DNA of 64,000 bases from Amphiscolops sp. MND2022 (lineage: Eukaryota). Position numbers and translations under genes: made by a program. Under the pieces are notes generated by a model. It was not told the origin of the DNA. It ran no database searches and saw only the letters and a program-made list of their open reading frames with translations. The stretch is from contig OZ076409.1 in the NCBI GenBank assembly GCA_964187785.1, forward strand, positions 92,630,001-92,694,000. The letters are read 5' to 3'. Of the stretch, positions 1-13,703 are shown one piece after another. Within the stretch, counting starts at the first letter, position 1, and the number at the start of each line of letters is the position of its first letter.

Positions 1-1475
1 CTTGAATTCACGATTGGTGCCAATGTCGAATCGGTGTCTGGCGAAAATATCGTGAAATTCAATGAGGATTTCTTCAATTTGTTTCTGTTCCTCTTGGCTG
101 AGCGTTGTGTCAGTCCAGTCGAAATTCGAGAGGAAAGCTTTTCTTGATTTTGCATCGTCTTGTGGATTGAGTTGTTCGAGTTCTTTGAGCTCAAGGAGTT
201 CATTGTATATTCGTTGTTGGATTTGGGTATACGTTGTAGGATCCCCTGGTTCTTCTGGTGTTGGGAACCAATAATATTATTGTTCGGGGTTTTGTGAAGG
301 AACTTTCAGTAGTTCATTTATGTAGATCTCGGTTGTTTCCTCATGTTGTATCATGAATGACAACATCGCTGGATCTACAGGTTGTATATGTTTCATTTGT
401 TCTGGTGTGAGGATTTTGAAGTCTGCTAGATGAGTGTCACAGACTATTGTATATGGAAGTTCTGAAAAGTTGATTACTTGGTACTCGATAGCATTATTGT
501 TGACCGTACTAAGTGACGATGTGATAAAAATGCTGTCGTGGCTTTCGAATTGTGGTGAAGGTGTGACTATTCCTGTTGCGTCGTGGTCTAACAGGTGGGG
601 CATTCTGCTTGCTATGGCGAGGGTTTCGCCTGGTTGGAGGGTATATGTATTTTCAGCAAACAATGGTGTTGCTTGACGCATAGTTACTTGTGTGTCTGGT
701 TTTAATTGCATTGAGAGGTATGGAAAAGTTAGGATGCCTTGTGTGACATCAAAAACTGCATTGTTTCTGCGAAGGAAGCAGAGACCAATGAGTGGGTTTG
801 GTAGGTTTTTCATGATGATGAAGTTTTCTCGTAACATGAAATCAGCCACTTCGAATTCAAGTAGTACTGTGCCGATTGGTACTTCTAGTTGACCATTGGC
901 CACCATAATTTGGAAACTTGGCGGTGGGCCAGTATCTTTTATTGCTTCATTTGCAATTAATTTGATTTTGTTAAGGTCTTCTTCGGAGATTGCACTAGTC
1001 AGGGCTCCTGTGTCAATGAGTCCGTCAAGTGTGAGTTTTTCGAAGTCCATTGGCATGTAGTACATGTGACGTTTTCGTTTCAATGTTAGCGAGGTTGACA
1101 TAGGTAGGTATGACAGGTTGCGTTCCTGGTCAAACTGGATGTGGTTTGTGAGATCTTCATCTAAAAGGGGTTGTTTTTGTTCATTGCAAGAGAAAGTACT
1201 TGGGTGATGAATTTCTGGTGAAATGTCTGTAGGTACAGGGGGGTTTGAGTGTTGTCTGAAAAATACTTGTCAGGAGCATCTCTCATGAGTTCATAGTATG
1301 ATTCCTGTGGGGGTTCATCGTTGTCGGGGTGATCGTGTGTTTGAGGTGTGTAGTCTGGTTCTGTAGTCAGTTGTTTAAGTTGTATGTTTATTGTATCCAC
1401 TTGACGCTGCCAGTCGTCTTGTGGTTTTGTAGTTGTTATTTGGGCGTTTTGTTTGCTAAGGCGTGGCGTTTCTAG
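1..1475 (-). pseudogene. pol: pol of element A (N-terminal region, aspartic protease, pre-RT linker), disrupted
   Basis: ORFs 1161-1400 and 277-1101 are joined by a frameshift near 1165. An in-frame TAA at 277-279 interrupts EQ*YYWFPTPEEPGD, which matches EQYWFPTPENPGD in element C. The DTG protease motif is present. Confidence 0.88.
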
Positions 1476-1481
1476 TTTAAA
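1475..1481 (-). other. -1 ribosomal frameshift slippery heptamer T TTA AAC at the gag/pol junction of element A
   Basis: Minus strand reads GAT TTA AAC TAG. The -1 frame (CTA GAA ACG CCA CGC..) is open into the 1161-1400 pol ORF. Confidence 0.75.
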
Positions 1482-2571
1482 TCCTTGGAAAAGGATTGTT
1501 GAGGTCGTTCTATTTTTGGTTTTATAGGTTTTCTAGCTTGTTTGTAAGCTTCGATAACCTTCTTTTGGGCTTCGGTGAGGTTCCACTTCGGTGGTCGGTT
1601 GTCCATGTTGGCGCCGAAGTAGCAGTTTTCTTCTTCATGACCGGGAGTATTGCAGTTTTGGCATTTCTCAGCATCCGGGTCCTCTTCAAGTTTACGCCGT
1701 TTTGCTAGCTTGGGGCAGTCAGCCATCATATGGCCCGTCTCTTTGCAGTAACGGCATTGGTCATTTTTGAGTGTCTTGTTAGGTACTGTTTTTGGAGTCT
1801 GTGCTTTAGACTTCTCATTTTGTTTTTTAGTTGGTTTTTCAGCATTTTGCTCTTTTTTGGTGACGGTCATTTGGGTCTTGACCGAGGTTTCGTCTGCTTC
1901 CAAACCATTTAGCTCCATCTCCCTCTCGAGATGTTTAACGATCTGGTCGTATATGCCGTTCTCGAGATAGGCTTGGTTGATGGATTTTTTAAGGTGAGGG
2001 GGCATCTTTGCATAGAGTAGGTTCTCTATCATCTGGTGTGCGTTATCTCCGAAAGCTTTTTCAGCACTTTCTTGGAGTTCTTCAAGAAAATCTGGTAGTT
2101 TTTGGTTTTCGGGGTCAAAGAAAAGTCTATTGAATCGGTGCTTTGCTGAGGCACTGGATTCTGGTTTCACGTATTTTCTGCGAAAGACTTTTAGAATGTC
2201 TTCCAATGTGGTAGATGGCGTTCTTTGTATGTTTTTGAATGTTTTTAATGCCAAACCTCTGAGGTGTGCATGAAAGTGGTTAATTTTCATTTCTTCTGTT
2301 AGATTCGGCTGCATGCGAAGTGTTGTATGAAATAGGTCTTCAAAGTATTCGAATTTCTCGTTTATCTCGTTTTTTCCATTGAATGTCAATGTGTTTTTCG
2401 GGTGAAAAAGTGATTGTTGTGAGTTTTTATTGGCCAGTTTCTCGATTGCTTGTGCAATTTGATTAACTGGGTCAAGGGGTTTGTTTGTCAATGTTGACGT
2501 TGTTTGATCTGCGTGGGATCCAACTGTATCATTTAAAGATTTTGGGAGCTTTGTCTATGGAGTTGTCTGTT

Positions 2572-2585
2572 GGCTCCTGTCACCA
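2572..2585 (-). other. primer binding site of element A (TGGTGACAGGAGCC)
   Basis: TGG directly follows the LTR end ..CACA. The first 13 nt are identical to the PBS of element C. It is one mismatch from typical tRNA-Leu PBSs (TGGTGTCAGGAG), so the tRNA assignment is tentative. Confidence 0.75.
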
Positions 2586-5500
2586 TGTGGTAATCCTCCT
2601 CCTCGGAGTCTCCTTCTGATATTATTGTTTCGTCTAGGTTCGGTTCATTTTGACAAAGTGATCTAGCAGGATTCCTTGATTCTCTCATGTCAGAGGCTCT
2701 GAGGGGATGATCATCCTCATTTTCAGTATCTGAGTTTTCTATATTTGATGCGTGAACTCCATTAGACCTAATACTTTTGGATCCCGAAGGTTGAGAGTTT
2801 TGCATTCCGTTAATTTCAGATCCGGGATTTGTTATTGTTGATGTTGTTTTGCTTGTTCTTATTTCTTTCAAAATTGCATCAAATTTGTTCTCCATTTCTT
2901 CTCTCATCTTCATTATCTTATCATTGTTCTTTTGTTCGAAGTTTTCTGTCCAAACTTGGATTCCGTTACTGATCTGACTAGGTTCTATCAGACTAGATCT
3001 GTTTTCGTTTTCACCTAAAGGTTCCTGAATAACAGTACTAACATTAGTTAAAGTTTCATTACCTTGCATTGGCGTTTCTACTTGTGTCTCACTCAATTCT
3101 CGCTCAGGTGAAGGTGTTTCATGTCTTCTAGATCTTCTGTTTCTCTTATTTCCCATTGTTCTCAAGTGAAAATGTGTTGGGCTTGCTGGGGAAGAATTTG
3201 AATTCAGCTGAGAATTTCAACAAAGCAAATTGGAAAATGAGACAATTGTTGATTATGAGAAACTGCTTTTACAGTGGTTTAGAGTGTGGGTTTTATCAAC
3301 TGTTTCCAACGAGAGTTATTTCAAAGAATGATTGGGGTTTAAGGTCCTGAGCACAAGGAAAAAATGGTGGGGATTACACCCGTTTTTATGGGTGTCATGG
3401 TCTTCATATTCTATAAAAAGGATTACATCATGTGTCGTAATTCTATTTATAACTCTAAATATACATTGCATGACAAGCAGAAACAAGTATCGTACAGTTA
3501 CGACAAAAACCCTGGAAAACTGCATAATGACGTATATACGGTCCCAAATTTCCGCATATCAACGAATAATCACAATATAATAATAGTAAAGCACCGCATG
3601 ATGAAAAACGCGGAAAACCGCATATTGACGCATAAGCGCCTGCGATTTTCCGCATAGCGACGTGCAATTATCACCGTGACAACATATCAGGGAAATTTAT
3701 GTTTTCCGCATGGTGCCGCGTAAGCGGTGGTTAAAATCCGCATATTGCGGAATATGCGTCAGAAATTTTCCGCATAATGGTGCATAATTATTAATCACAA
3801 ACAGCATGATGAAGTGTGTTCATTTTCGCAATTTTGTACAGTGACGCATACTTAATATTCAGAAAATCACGTATTGATCTAATACCAATCTCCATTCATA
3901 AAAAACGCTTTATATTCACTAAAAATGAGTCATTACAATGGGTTATGATGAAAGGTAACAAAGCAAAAAGCACTTATGGCGAATGTATCTTAATTTACTG
4001 CCACCTTTGCACGTCAGTAGGGGCAAAATACAATATCAAATATTTACATGACACGAATTCAGAGTTAGAACAAATAATGAAAACATAGAAATAAGGGTTT
4101 GATCAGTTTGCAAAGTTTTGTTACGGCAAGTTTTGTCCTTTTGAGCTGTGCCAGTTGTTCTCTTTCTCACTCTTGCACAACAGGTCCAGAGCAACCATGA
4201 GGCTGCGACAGTTTCTCTTAAAATAAACAGCTTAAAATCTTGTAATTCCGTCAAAACCTTATTTTTACCTATTGCCTTGCTAGCTGGTTTCCGAACCATT
4301 TTGTTCAGTACTTGTGATTAGGCTGTGAAAGACGTTAAATGTTCAGCTCGTGAGTTACGTATTGTTGCAATTTAATGTCTCATGAAAAATTACCTTAAAT
4401 GCCTTTTTCTTCCCTATTGTCAAAGGCTATTGGAACGGTAGTTTTGTCAGGCAAAATGTCCGTTACCTCTAGCAGTTACTGACTGGGATCTTTCGTAGGA
4501 TATTCATGGGAAGCTGGACCGGACCACCCCCGCGTGACATCAGTTCTGGGATGCAATAGGGTCTATCGGCAGATGGTAGGTTGTCTCGGGCACTAAAGCC
4601 CCATCCCCTTAGGCTTCTACATGCTGGCAATAGCAAGCTTCCGGCAAGCTTGTTGTCACGAGCATTTCAATTTCCCAACCAGTGATAATTGATTTTTCAT
4701 CCCTCGAAACATTTTTCCAATACAAGAAACTTTTACCCAAAATGAAATCATAACTAACCTCAGCGGAAGAAATATGCCGATGCGATAAATGTCTTTGAAA
4801 ACAAACAAACAACTAAGCGATGATCAAAATTAGATAAACTCGATGATAACTAGCCGTTCGGCTCTCGATAAAGGTGTAATTTTAAATAAACTATTTCACA
4901 AGGGTGTTGTCATGAAAAATTGAGAAGAAGGAAAAGCGATTAATTGTTTTTACTGCTGCTGCTGTTGTAATAAGTGAAGAGGTTGCAGCGTAGATGTTTT
5001 TCTATCATTAACAAGCTTTGGTTGAATGGAAGCTTGGTGAGGATATCCTGCCAAAATGGGCTGATAAATTCAACATGATTTCCGTTAATCACCACACTGT
5101 TAAGTCGCAATAATGTGAAATGGGAGGGGGGGTTTGTTCAGTTGCAACTACAACCCACGACGACCCGTTGTCTGAAGCTCTACAACCGCCACGAATTTTT
5201 TAAAAAGAAGGAGTGAAGAAGCAAAACAAAAACTGGTGTTGGCCGTGGCGAGGTAAACTGAGGAAAGACTGGTTTGCCTGCCTCTAATGCTGTAAATTCC
5301 CGCCACAAATTATAGTGGTGACATGACATGTAAGACTTTAATGCGTCTCCGTCTAAATGATTCGTCTGCTTTTTTGAAGGAGATTACTTGAAATTCAAAC
5401 TGATGAATAGATTATTAGACGCAGCCAGGGCACAACTTATGCCACTATTGTAGCCTGCGCCCGAGGCATCGAAATCCTTTTTAATCCGACCTTTTCAAAT

Positions 5501-8500
5501 TCCGATTTTATTCAAATATTCCAATCAGCAAATTGGTATTGATGAACGTGACTTACTGTGGCTACTGGTGGTTGTGGTGAGGGGGGGGTTCTGGGGCTTG
5601 AGAGGTTGCGTTGCAGTGTGTGCGGGGGGATGGGCAATAGCTTTGGCTTAGTTGGTTATACAGGAAAAGGTATTCATTTAGCAGCCTTTTCCCACATTTT
5701 TAGCTAGAATCATTTGACGTTTTGAGTCTTTTGGGAATTCGAGGCGAAGACTGATAGCTGTTTCCCCACGTCCACAAAAAGGTAATAGCTGTAACAAAAG
5801 TGTGCTTTTGGTGTCAAAATGTACAAGCGTTCCTATTTGAGCACCGTGCTTGGACTGTGAACGGAAAATAATACGCCAAGCCTTTTTTGATTTGGAGAAA
5901 TGTATCGCCTCATGTGGTCACGTGATATGCCACGTGAACAATTTTAGGGAAAATTATCGACGCCTCAATATGTACTTTTCGAAGTGAATTGAGCGAAATG
6001 CGGCCTGAAAATTTATGATTTGATTTAGCTCGAATTCGGAGTCGCCGCGTTTTTGGTGTTTGCTGGATACATGTCATAGCCATGGGGAAAAGAAATCTGG
6101 CTTTGAAATTCAAATTAGGGCTGCCTTTCTGCACTAGATGGCGTTACCTTTGCCTGTTGCGTCGAGCGGCGAAAAAATGGGACAAAAAAGAAGGAAGCAA
6201 CTTCCAGCACTTTTTACATCCTTACCTTTGATTCCCAAAAGAATATGAACTTGGAAGAAAATGCATTTGACACTTGTACGACAATCTGCAAGTTCAAATC
6301 TATTTATTTTATTGAACAAAGCTAGCCAATTTTCCTTTTCCACGCTTCCCTTTTTCCTTTTTCCATTGAGGTCAGGGGGGTTGGTTTTTTTATATATTGA
6401 GTACGGGGGGTGGTAGCCACTCAAAAAAAGCCAGTACGCTTTCAAGACATAACATATTAAAAGCCGATACTGCGGAAAGCCTTTTTTGTGCCGTTACCAT
6501 GGAAACGTGTTTTTATTTCGAAGAACTTCGTTTGAATTTGATAGCAATTACTACCGTCTTATTGCTCTGCGATTCGACTTATTGCTGCAATAACTCTTCA
6601 CTTTTTACAAGCTAAAATGTACCTTAAAAAACGCATTTATTCCTCCGAGATAATCAATCATTATGGAATTTTCCAATGAAAGGGTGTGTAATATTGCCAA
6701 TTAGGGTTCCGTTACAAGGTTGGATGAATCTAATTAAATCGATGTCTTTTTTTCAAATAAGGAGGCAAAAGCGCTGAGGTCCTTGAAATGTTTCCGCAAT
6801 AAAAAGGAAGTATGTTATTCACTTCCCTTGAATTTTTTTGCATGTGTTAAATGGGGCGGGTGGGGGGTTTGGGTTTCGGAAAGTATTGGAGGCAAGTATT
6901 CCCAGGAGGTTCCATTGAAATTAATATTTGTCCATTCCTCTTTGTTATTGCATTGCCAATCTGCCAATCAACGTAGAGGAACATTTCACCGAATGATATC
7001 AAAGATAAAAAATTCTTTTGAATTGTCGCGGTAATTAATTCAAATGCAAAAAGCTCCGAGGTTCCTGAAAATTTGCATGCTATCGGATGCTCAAGTAAGT
7101 GAATACAGAATTTGTGTGAAAGGTAAAATAGAGCTAAAATATATTTAAGTGAGGGTTTGCTTTGATTGTTGGAGTAAGGATGCGATTTGACTGTAATGAA
7201 TGTATTACCGACTTCTTAGTCGGTATTATTATTTACAAGTACTTCCCGAATTTTTCCGATTTTCCTGATTAAGTAAACCGGAGTTGCCTGCTGCTCAGAC
7301 GAGGCTTGAATTATTGATGACGTCACGGCCTTGGAAATGACGTCACAAAAATTTGAGAGAACGTGAGAGGGCTTGTTGATACAGTACATTTTCATTTCCC
7401 TAAAATGAGGAATGAGGAGCAAAGGTGTTTTTGTATTAGAAAACGAAAGAAAATTTGAAAAGATTTGGCAGCTTCCATCAAAAACCATTGAGCACTAATC
7501 CATTAGGCACCACGCTATGCATTGTTTTTTTCTAGAAATTAAAACGGAAACACATCTGCTGTTTGTATTAAGCAACACGGACAAACAATGTGTTTTTCAG
7601 AAAATCTTTTCTTCTTCTGACCTCGCTGTTATTCCACGTGAGATTGAAGAGGTAATTTGTCTAATTTGAAAACGCACCCGGACGGGTCTCCCGGACGGGT
7701 TGATTATAATCTGGGCCATCAAACAGGACAGCATTCAAATATACAACCTTTTCTATATGATCTTTGTTGCAGCGCAACTAAGAATAAGAGAAAATTCGAA
7801 AATAAAAGAATAGTTTCAAAGCAGCTCGCAAAATAGAGAGGACGGTAGCTGTTCGATATACAGATTGCGGGTTCCATTCGCAGACGGAGGAAAATAGTTT
7901 TGTTTTGTCTGTGAAACATTCAAAATTCAAAATAACCTTGAAAAAGTCCCAAATGAGTTTGCTAATTCGATACTTTGTTTGTAACTATTTGCAATTGTTA
8001 TTGATTGAAAGGCTTTGATCTATTAATTTATATTTGTACCATTTTTGTATTGCTGATATTCTGATACGGAGAGTCAAAATGAGATTCACCTTGTTTCTTA
8101 TTTTCCCCCTAATCCCCACAACCCAAACAAACACCCCCACAAACCCCCTTGACAGGCTGCGTAGAGGAGATACCTCTGCCAAGGCCAGACATGGATCACG
8201 TGGACAAAAAAGCTCGGGTCCACCGACTGAATTAGTGGATGGGCTACTGGATAACCACCCCAAGCCATAGTGTACAGTAAGCCGATTGCAGCGATATAGA
8301 ATCTTTCCAGGAAGCTCCGCTATCGCCAGCAACGCCGGACCAAGGACCGTACGTGACAGCAGAGGAACCCGTGGGCAGATGACCAACTCAACTACTGGCC
8401 GAATAACGCACTTATTATGGGAGTACCGGTCAGGTCAAGCGGGATTTGCTGCCAGCCTAACCACGTAGTTGATGCCGACTGCGTGGCCTGCGGTGAGTCA

Positions 8501-9759
8501 TTCGATCATACCAAAGAGGAAGATACTATTGATTTCCTAGAGCAAACCCATCAACATGGCGAGAATTACAATCAGCGCCTACGCGGACCAAACGCATTCC
8601 AGGCCGGTATGTTATCTGGTTCTTTCGTCCCCGAACCCCGGGAGTGTCGCAGGCTGCCGCCTGTGACAGCAACAGATACCAGAAAAACCCCAATGATAAT
8701 ATCGAATTCGCAATACCCCCAGGAGTTCTCCCAATGCAAAATGACTACCAATCTTGCGGACTCCAGAAACAATCTTAATACACTCAATTAAGTTATATGT
8801 TTTCTTATAAATCGTTAAGTTATACATGATAAATTGGACATGTACTTATTTTTTATATTGATGAAAACCAGTTTCATGTATCGTTGCATTACTATACAAA
8901 GCGATAATTGTGTCAATGTAAATTATCAAACTGATAAGCTTGAAGGAAACGCGTTCGATTAGACTGGTACTCTAGGCCGCTCAACGCTCAGTCCTTTAAG
9001 AGTTTCCGCCATTCAGAATTGAACGTGGTATAGCTTTATGAACCACAAGTCTGTTGGCCTAAATACTGACACCTCCACACTTTCTCACACATGAATGTTA
9101 TTTGAAAACGGTTGAAATGAATCTTAAGATCACTAGGCTCAACGTCCCCTCCTCCAGAATTTCAACTTCATGTTCCTTTGATGCTACTTTCATACTAAAT
9201 TTAGGGTGACACAACAATGACGATATCCACATGAGCTACTTTGATACATGAAAATGACGTTGAGGCTATTGTTGGTAACATGACAAGCGTAAATCTGTCC
9301 ACCATACTTCATTTTTTTGTGTATAGTGGGACACAGTGGACCGGGGCACACAACTTGGATAAACTTTTCAATGTTAACTTGCTCCCAACATTAATTGATT
9401 GCGAAACTTTAGATACACCTGCTGTTGCTACATGTTCTCTGTTTATTCAGATACGACCTGTTGAAAGAGGAAACTCGATAACACAGCGTTTAATGAGTTA
9501 ATGAGCGGATATTTCTCTAAATGCCTTCAACAAGAAAGCGGAAACCTAAAGAGAATCGCTCTAGACAACCAGACGTGATGTCCGATTTAGAGAATATGGA
9601 TGTAATGCTCAGAGTCGATGCGAGGAATGACTTAGAAAAAAAACCAACATAGAAATATAGAAGACCTTGAATCCAATGGCCTACAATAGGATAATAACAC
9701 AAATAAGGGGAGGATTTTAGACCTCTCTTGAACATGAATAGTTGGGAAAAAAGAAGTTA

Positions 9760-10832
9760 TACCCCGCGTCAAAAAATGTCAAAAAATACAAAACTTAAAT
9801 TGCAAATATCTTGTATTTGACGCAACATAGAAGTGTATTATTTTACAACAAGCAAAGCAGTCAACAGATAATCAGTTGCACTTATTTTATTTTGGGATTA
9901 CTTCTCCACGATTCGCAATACAGAGTTGTAAACGGCGGGGGATTGAATTCATCAAGTTCACCTGTGTAAGACCTAGCCGTCGGGATAGAGTGGGGATGAA
10001 GGCGTATGGGATGAAGTCGCTAACAATTTGGATGTATTTTTCCGAATTTATGTTCCCATCAATCGTCGTTATGTGAAACCCTTTGTGGGATAGAGCCCCC
10101 CAGACCATAATTGATGGCGAAAAATTAGCCATTTTCTTGTGAGGCTTGTCTTTGCCTTTTGCCCAATACTTGATTGTATTCCTGTGAAGGTAGAATAGAC
10201 ACCCATCGGTAATGAATACATTATCCCATAAAAATCCCTTCATTTGCAGTGAAAATTCTAGCCGTTTTTCCATTTGGAAACAGTGAGATCAGGGTCTTTT
10301 TTTGCCTACTTTTTCGTGTATCCACTATCTCGCAGACTTCTTTTAATTGTTCGGATCGATGCACTCTGACCTCCCTTAGAGGCTACTGCTTGTTTCAGAT
10401 CTTTCGCTAAAAACTCTGGGTTATTTCGAGCCAAGAGAGTGAGGGACCTCTTATTATCACCCTCAAAATGTCATTGGACGCCCACTTCCAGGCCTGCGTT
10501 CCAAGGTTTGCCCCTCACGTAATGTTGTCAAATTCCGATATAAGGTTCTTGGTTGTATATCTGTCATTATCTGTAGTTCGTTGAAATCTCTAACTTCCAT
10601 GTCGTACAGTAAAAGGAGCTTATTATTTTTCTCTTGCTTTGACATGTTTAAGTGCTAGTTACCAACACTCCTATGTAAAACGTAAAATTCGGCGTGAAAT
10701 ATTTGAGCTGTTTCCACCAGATTACGTTTGCGTGGTTTTGCCTTGCATGTAAAAAAAGAGAATTCAATTTTCATGCATTAGTTTCAGAGTAATTTCAGTT
10801 CAAATTATTTGACATTTTTTTGACGCGGGGTA
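9760..10832 (-). mobile_element. Tc1/mariner DNA transposon, internally deleted
   Basis: TIRs TACCCCGCGTCAAAAAATGTCAAA / TTTGACATTTTTTTGACGCGGGGTA, with TA on each side (9758-9759 and 10833-10834). Confidence 0.9.
9887..10645 (-). pseudogene. Tc1-family transposase, frameshifted and lacking the second D and E region
   Basis: GSGRP motif, WDNVFITDG (first D), IMVWGAL, INSEKYIQI and SIPRRLQLCI..G are present. The QQDNA and SPDLNPIE segments are absent. Confidence 0.85.
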
Positions 10833-11981
10833 TACTATAGAGACTAAAAGGCCGCTAATATGCGAGATTACTAGTCAGGTTACAAAGAAACTGGATGATA
10901 TTAAGATGGACTTGAATTCCCATATCCTTGAGACAATTAACTAAGCTTTTGCTGAAATGATCCTTCCTTCCATTCAAAACACCCTTGGAGAGTAGGAAGA
11001 GGAATTTAGAACAAATGTGGATCTTAGGTCCAGTGGGCTACACAGGAACACCGGAGTTGAAACAAAAGAAAACATGGGAAAATTGCCCTGAAACAAATAC
11101 GAAATCCCGTAATCAAGGCCGCCACATTAGGGAGAACTCTCTAGAGTGCCCAGGACAAAGAGACTGGTTTGACTTGAACAAGCTATTCTTGTAAATGAAA
11201 AACAAAATAAAGTATTGGAAGAGCTTCTGTGGGCGACAAAAAACATTCACCTGAAAACAGAAATTGTGATTGCCTCGTATTGGTTAGGGAAGAGCAGGAA
11301 ACTTGGGAGCTCAAACTTCTCTGCGGTACAGAAATCACGGTCATAAATGATCAACATATAACTTTCTGTCTGGGAATTTGGAGGATTGCGTAAAATCAAT
11401 GGGACCATGTTCCTAATCCCCCGAAGGTTCCAGGGGGAGCGGGGGTTTGAGAGTGTTATAGGAAAAAAAGTTCAAATGTCATTACGTCGACGTCGTTTGC
11501 GTTGAAGTTTTGGGGCAATAAAATATTCGATGTCGACATAACTCTATCTTTTACTTAATTTAAAGATTAAAAGTTAAAATTCGATCATTTAAATTAATGG
11601 CGTTAAAGAAATAGGGGTCTTTTTTTATGATTTTAGCTTGTTCCAGGCGTAATTTTTGCTATTTTAAACAAGCAATCAGGATCATTTTCTCTCGAAGTGT
11701 CAAAACAGCTGTAGAGACAATCCTCCAAGTATTTACAACCATATAAAGCTCTCTCATTTAGAAACAAATTGTACTTGGTGCTGATAAGAAACATAGTCAA
11801 ATCAATAAAAACGAATGTCGAGACTGCTTGCTTCATTCAGAAACAACGTCTACTGTGTGGAAAACATGTACGAAGAAATTGTGGTTTTTGTACATCCGAT
11901 TGTGAAACACAGTCCACACGATTTTGTTTGATTTTTCACGCCTGCAAAAATGTTTTCCTGTGTAAAATCAATTGAAAACTA

Positions 11982-12387
11982 AACAAGCCGGGACCGGCCC
12001 AAGTCGGCGCCATATCTAAGGCTCAAAAATAGCAAAAGGACATCAAAGTGTCAAAGTATTCTCTTCTACAGCACCCAAAAATTTTTCTTGAAAAAAAGTT
12101 TGACAATGCCAAAAAAAGTTGAAGGGGGACCCTTTGGGGAAAGTTTTTTTCCGAAAAAAAGTCTCGCAATGCCAAAAAATACTGAAAGGGGGACCCTTCG
12201 GTTTCTTCCGGTATTGTATGTTACGCGGAAAACCTTTGTGGTTCAGTTCCCTGGGACAACGGGAGCAATTTAAAATTTTGTAGAACTTTCGGTAGAACTA
12301 TTTGTCACTTCAGGTGTATCGAAAAAAAACACTGACGAAAAGCCATGACTATATTCGACTCTTTTCTCTATAAAAGCGCCTTCTAAA
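11982..12387 (-). mobile_element. Non-autonomous interspersed repeat with Helentron/HINE (DINE-1-like) end structure
   Basis: The end reads GGCGCCGACTTGGGCCGGTCCCGGCTTGTT on minus (sub-terminal IR, small stem-loop, TTGTT). Both ends match the copy at 56689-57606. 5'-end motifs (TTTTAGTCGGCG) recur at ~12939 and ~63778. Confidence 0.5.
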
Positions 12388-13324
12388 GAAGAGACTCCTT
12401 TGTGAAAACAAAACAAAACAGTCTTTCAAGACGCCGAGCAAATCCAAGATAGGAGGTTTTGCTATTGTTGCTTTTTTAAAACATTGAAATACAGAGAACG
12501 CTCTGATTCGAGAACTTTGAAAAACGAGAATGTCAGAAAAACTCGTGTGGGAATCGAAACGTGAGAAATGTTTTAGCTGGATTTAGAAAAGCCGAGATAT
12601 AACACAAAGTATTTTGCTCAGAGAAACTTGAATCCCTGGTTCTCGTCGTGGGTCTCGTCAAGTGTGATACTATGTATCTCACGAGCTGAGAGCCTCCCTA
12701 AAAATACAGCATAAGGACTTCGGCAAGCAATTTCTGTGAACTATGTGCACAGGTAGCTGCCATGTCCGACATTCTTACTACATTTTTTCTCCTGAAACCA
12801 TTGTGAATGACAATGATCATAGCATGGTGAGTATGTTTGGTCAACGTGGGATAAGTTTTTTCTGATACTAATTTTCTCTAGTTTGAATTCTCTTTTTCTC
12901 CGAATAAACTTGATTTTGGTGCGGTTCATTTTCCAAATTTTTAGTCGGCGACTTTTCCCTTGAGGAAAAAAGCCCGACTATTACAGTGGGTAGTTTTTTT
13001 TCTTTTTCAGCTGACATTCTCACTCTGAATGGTCCATTTTTACAATTTTCATGATCCACTGACTGCCACACTTGTAACTACTACTGGCACTTGGCATAGA
13101 GGTTACGGCTTTTTTGAGGTCTGCCAAGCAGAAGGACGTGGGTTCGAGTCCAACCTTGACCAAAATTTTTGTGCAGGTTTTTTTCGGCTTTGTGATACTT
13201 TTATTTTCGCAAATTTTTTTAATGTCTCCAAAGGGTCCCCCCTTCACTTTTTCCTATTTTCCAAGAAAATGGTTGTTCAAAAACTCCCAAAGGCCACCCT
13301 TTTACATTTTTCGGCACTATAAAA

Positions 13325-13703
13325 TATATTGGTTTTATGAACTACTACTGAAACTACATACCACGACTCTCAGAAAAACTAATCGGTATGTCTGAACTTC
13401 TAAAACTGGACGCCAAAATCAACGTCTCAAAAGAACTCGTCGACAACTTCAAGGAAATCAACACCAGCCTAGCGGAAGCCTACGGACTTGCCCTAAGACA
13501 GCCCGTAGCTGGAAAACAATACGTCCTTATGGCGGATGCGAGCTTCAGGTTATGCGCTCATGATAGAGGAAAACGATGAACTGAAAATCCTGTCAAAGAG
13601 AAAAACATTTGCGCCAGTAGCGTTTGGTTCCCGTGTGTTCTCGCCAGACCAGCTGAAAATGTCAATCTATTGCAGAGAATTTCAGGCTATCAACCACTCT
13701 TTC
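13325..13703 (+). pseudogene. pol: Isolated gypsy pol fragment (RT thumb / RNase H) related to element C
   Basis: NYIPRLSEKL, LALRQPVAGKQYVLMADAS and APVAFGSRVFSPDQLKMSIYCREF match C pol. Contains a stop and a frameshift. Confidence 0.85.

Larger units (their letters stand above)
1472..3156 (-). pseudogene. gag: gag of element A, frameshifted near 2535; starts inside the LTR
   Basis: ORF 2533-3165 (ATG at 3156, MGNKRNRR..DYHMVTGAN) plus ORF 1472-2491, which has a capsid-like region and knuckles CRYCKETGHMMADC and CQNCNTPGHEEENC. Confidence 0.85.
1..3681 (-). mobile_element. Ty3/gypsy LTR retrotransposon A, 5' part only (runs off the left edge); degenerate relative of element C
   Basis: Gag (TFNGKNE..FEYFEDLFHTTL, two CCHC knuckles) and protease (LIDTGA) are clearly homologous to element C. 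The 5' LTR inner end is at 2586 (..CCACA|TGGTGACAGGAG on minus). The outer end is uncertain (TGTCAC candidates at 3681 and 4539) because the partner LTR lies outside the window. Confidence 0.88.
8286..11180 (+). mobile_element. Decayed 3' end (accessory ORF, PPT, LTR) of a C-family gypsy element, split by a Tc1 insertion
   Basis: 8417-8791 encodes DCVACGESF..IDFLEQT..GE..AFQAGM..GSF, homologous to the 278-aa ORF of element C. CCCCGGGGAG|TGTCGCAGGCTGCCGCCTG at 8645 matches C's PPT and LTR start. 9521 encodes MPSTRKRKPKENRSRQPDVMSDLENMDVML and ~10865-10990 encodes EITSQVTKKL..IN*AFAEMILPSIQNTLG, both matching C's LTR-encoded gag N-terminus. Outer limits are approximate. Confidence 0.75.

Noticed and set aside
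4036..7920. Possible host exons or the outer part of element A's LTR
   Set aside because: Only short ORFs with no motifs; the LTR boundary cannot be fixed without its partner.
7980..9211. Solo LTR bounded by TGTAAC..GTGACA
   Set aside because: No matching TSD; the interval is better explained as the accessory ORF, PPT and LTR remnant starting at 8645.
13095..13165. tRNA gene (GGTTCGAGTCC T-loop motif)
   Set aside because: I could not fold a complete cloverleaf with an acceptor stem; it is embedded in a dispersed repeat.
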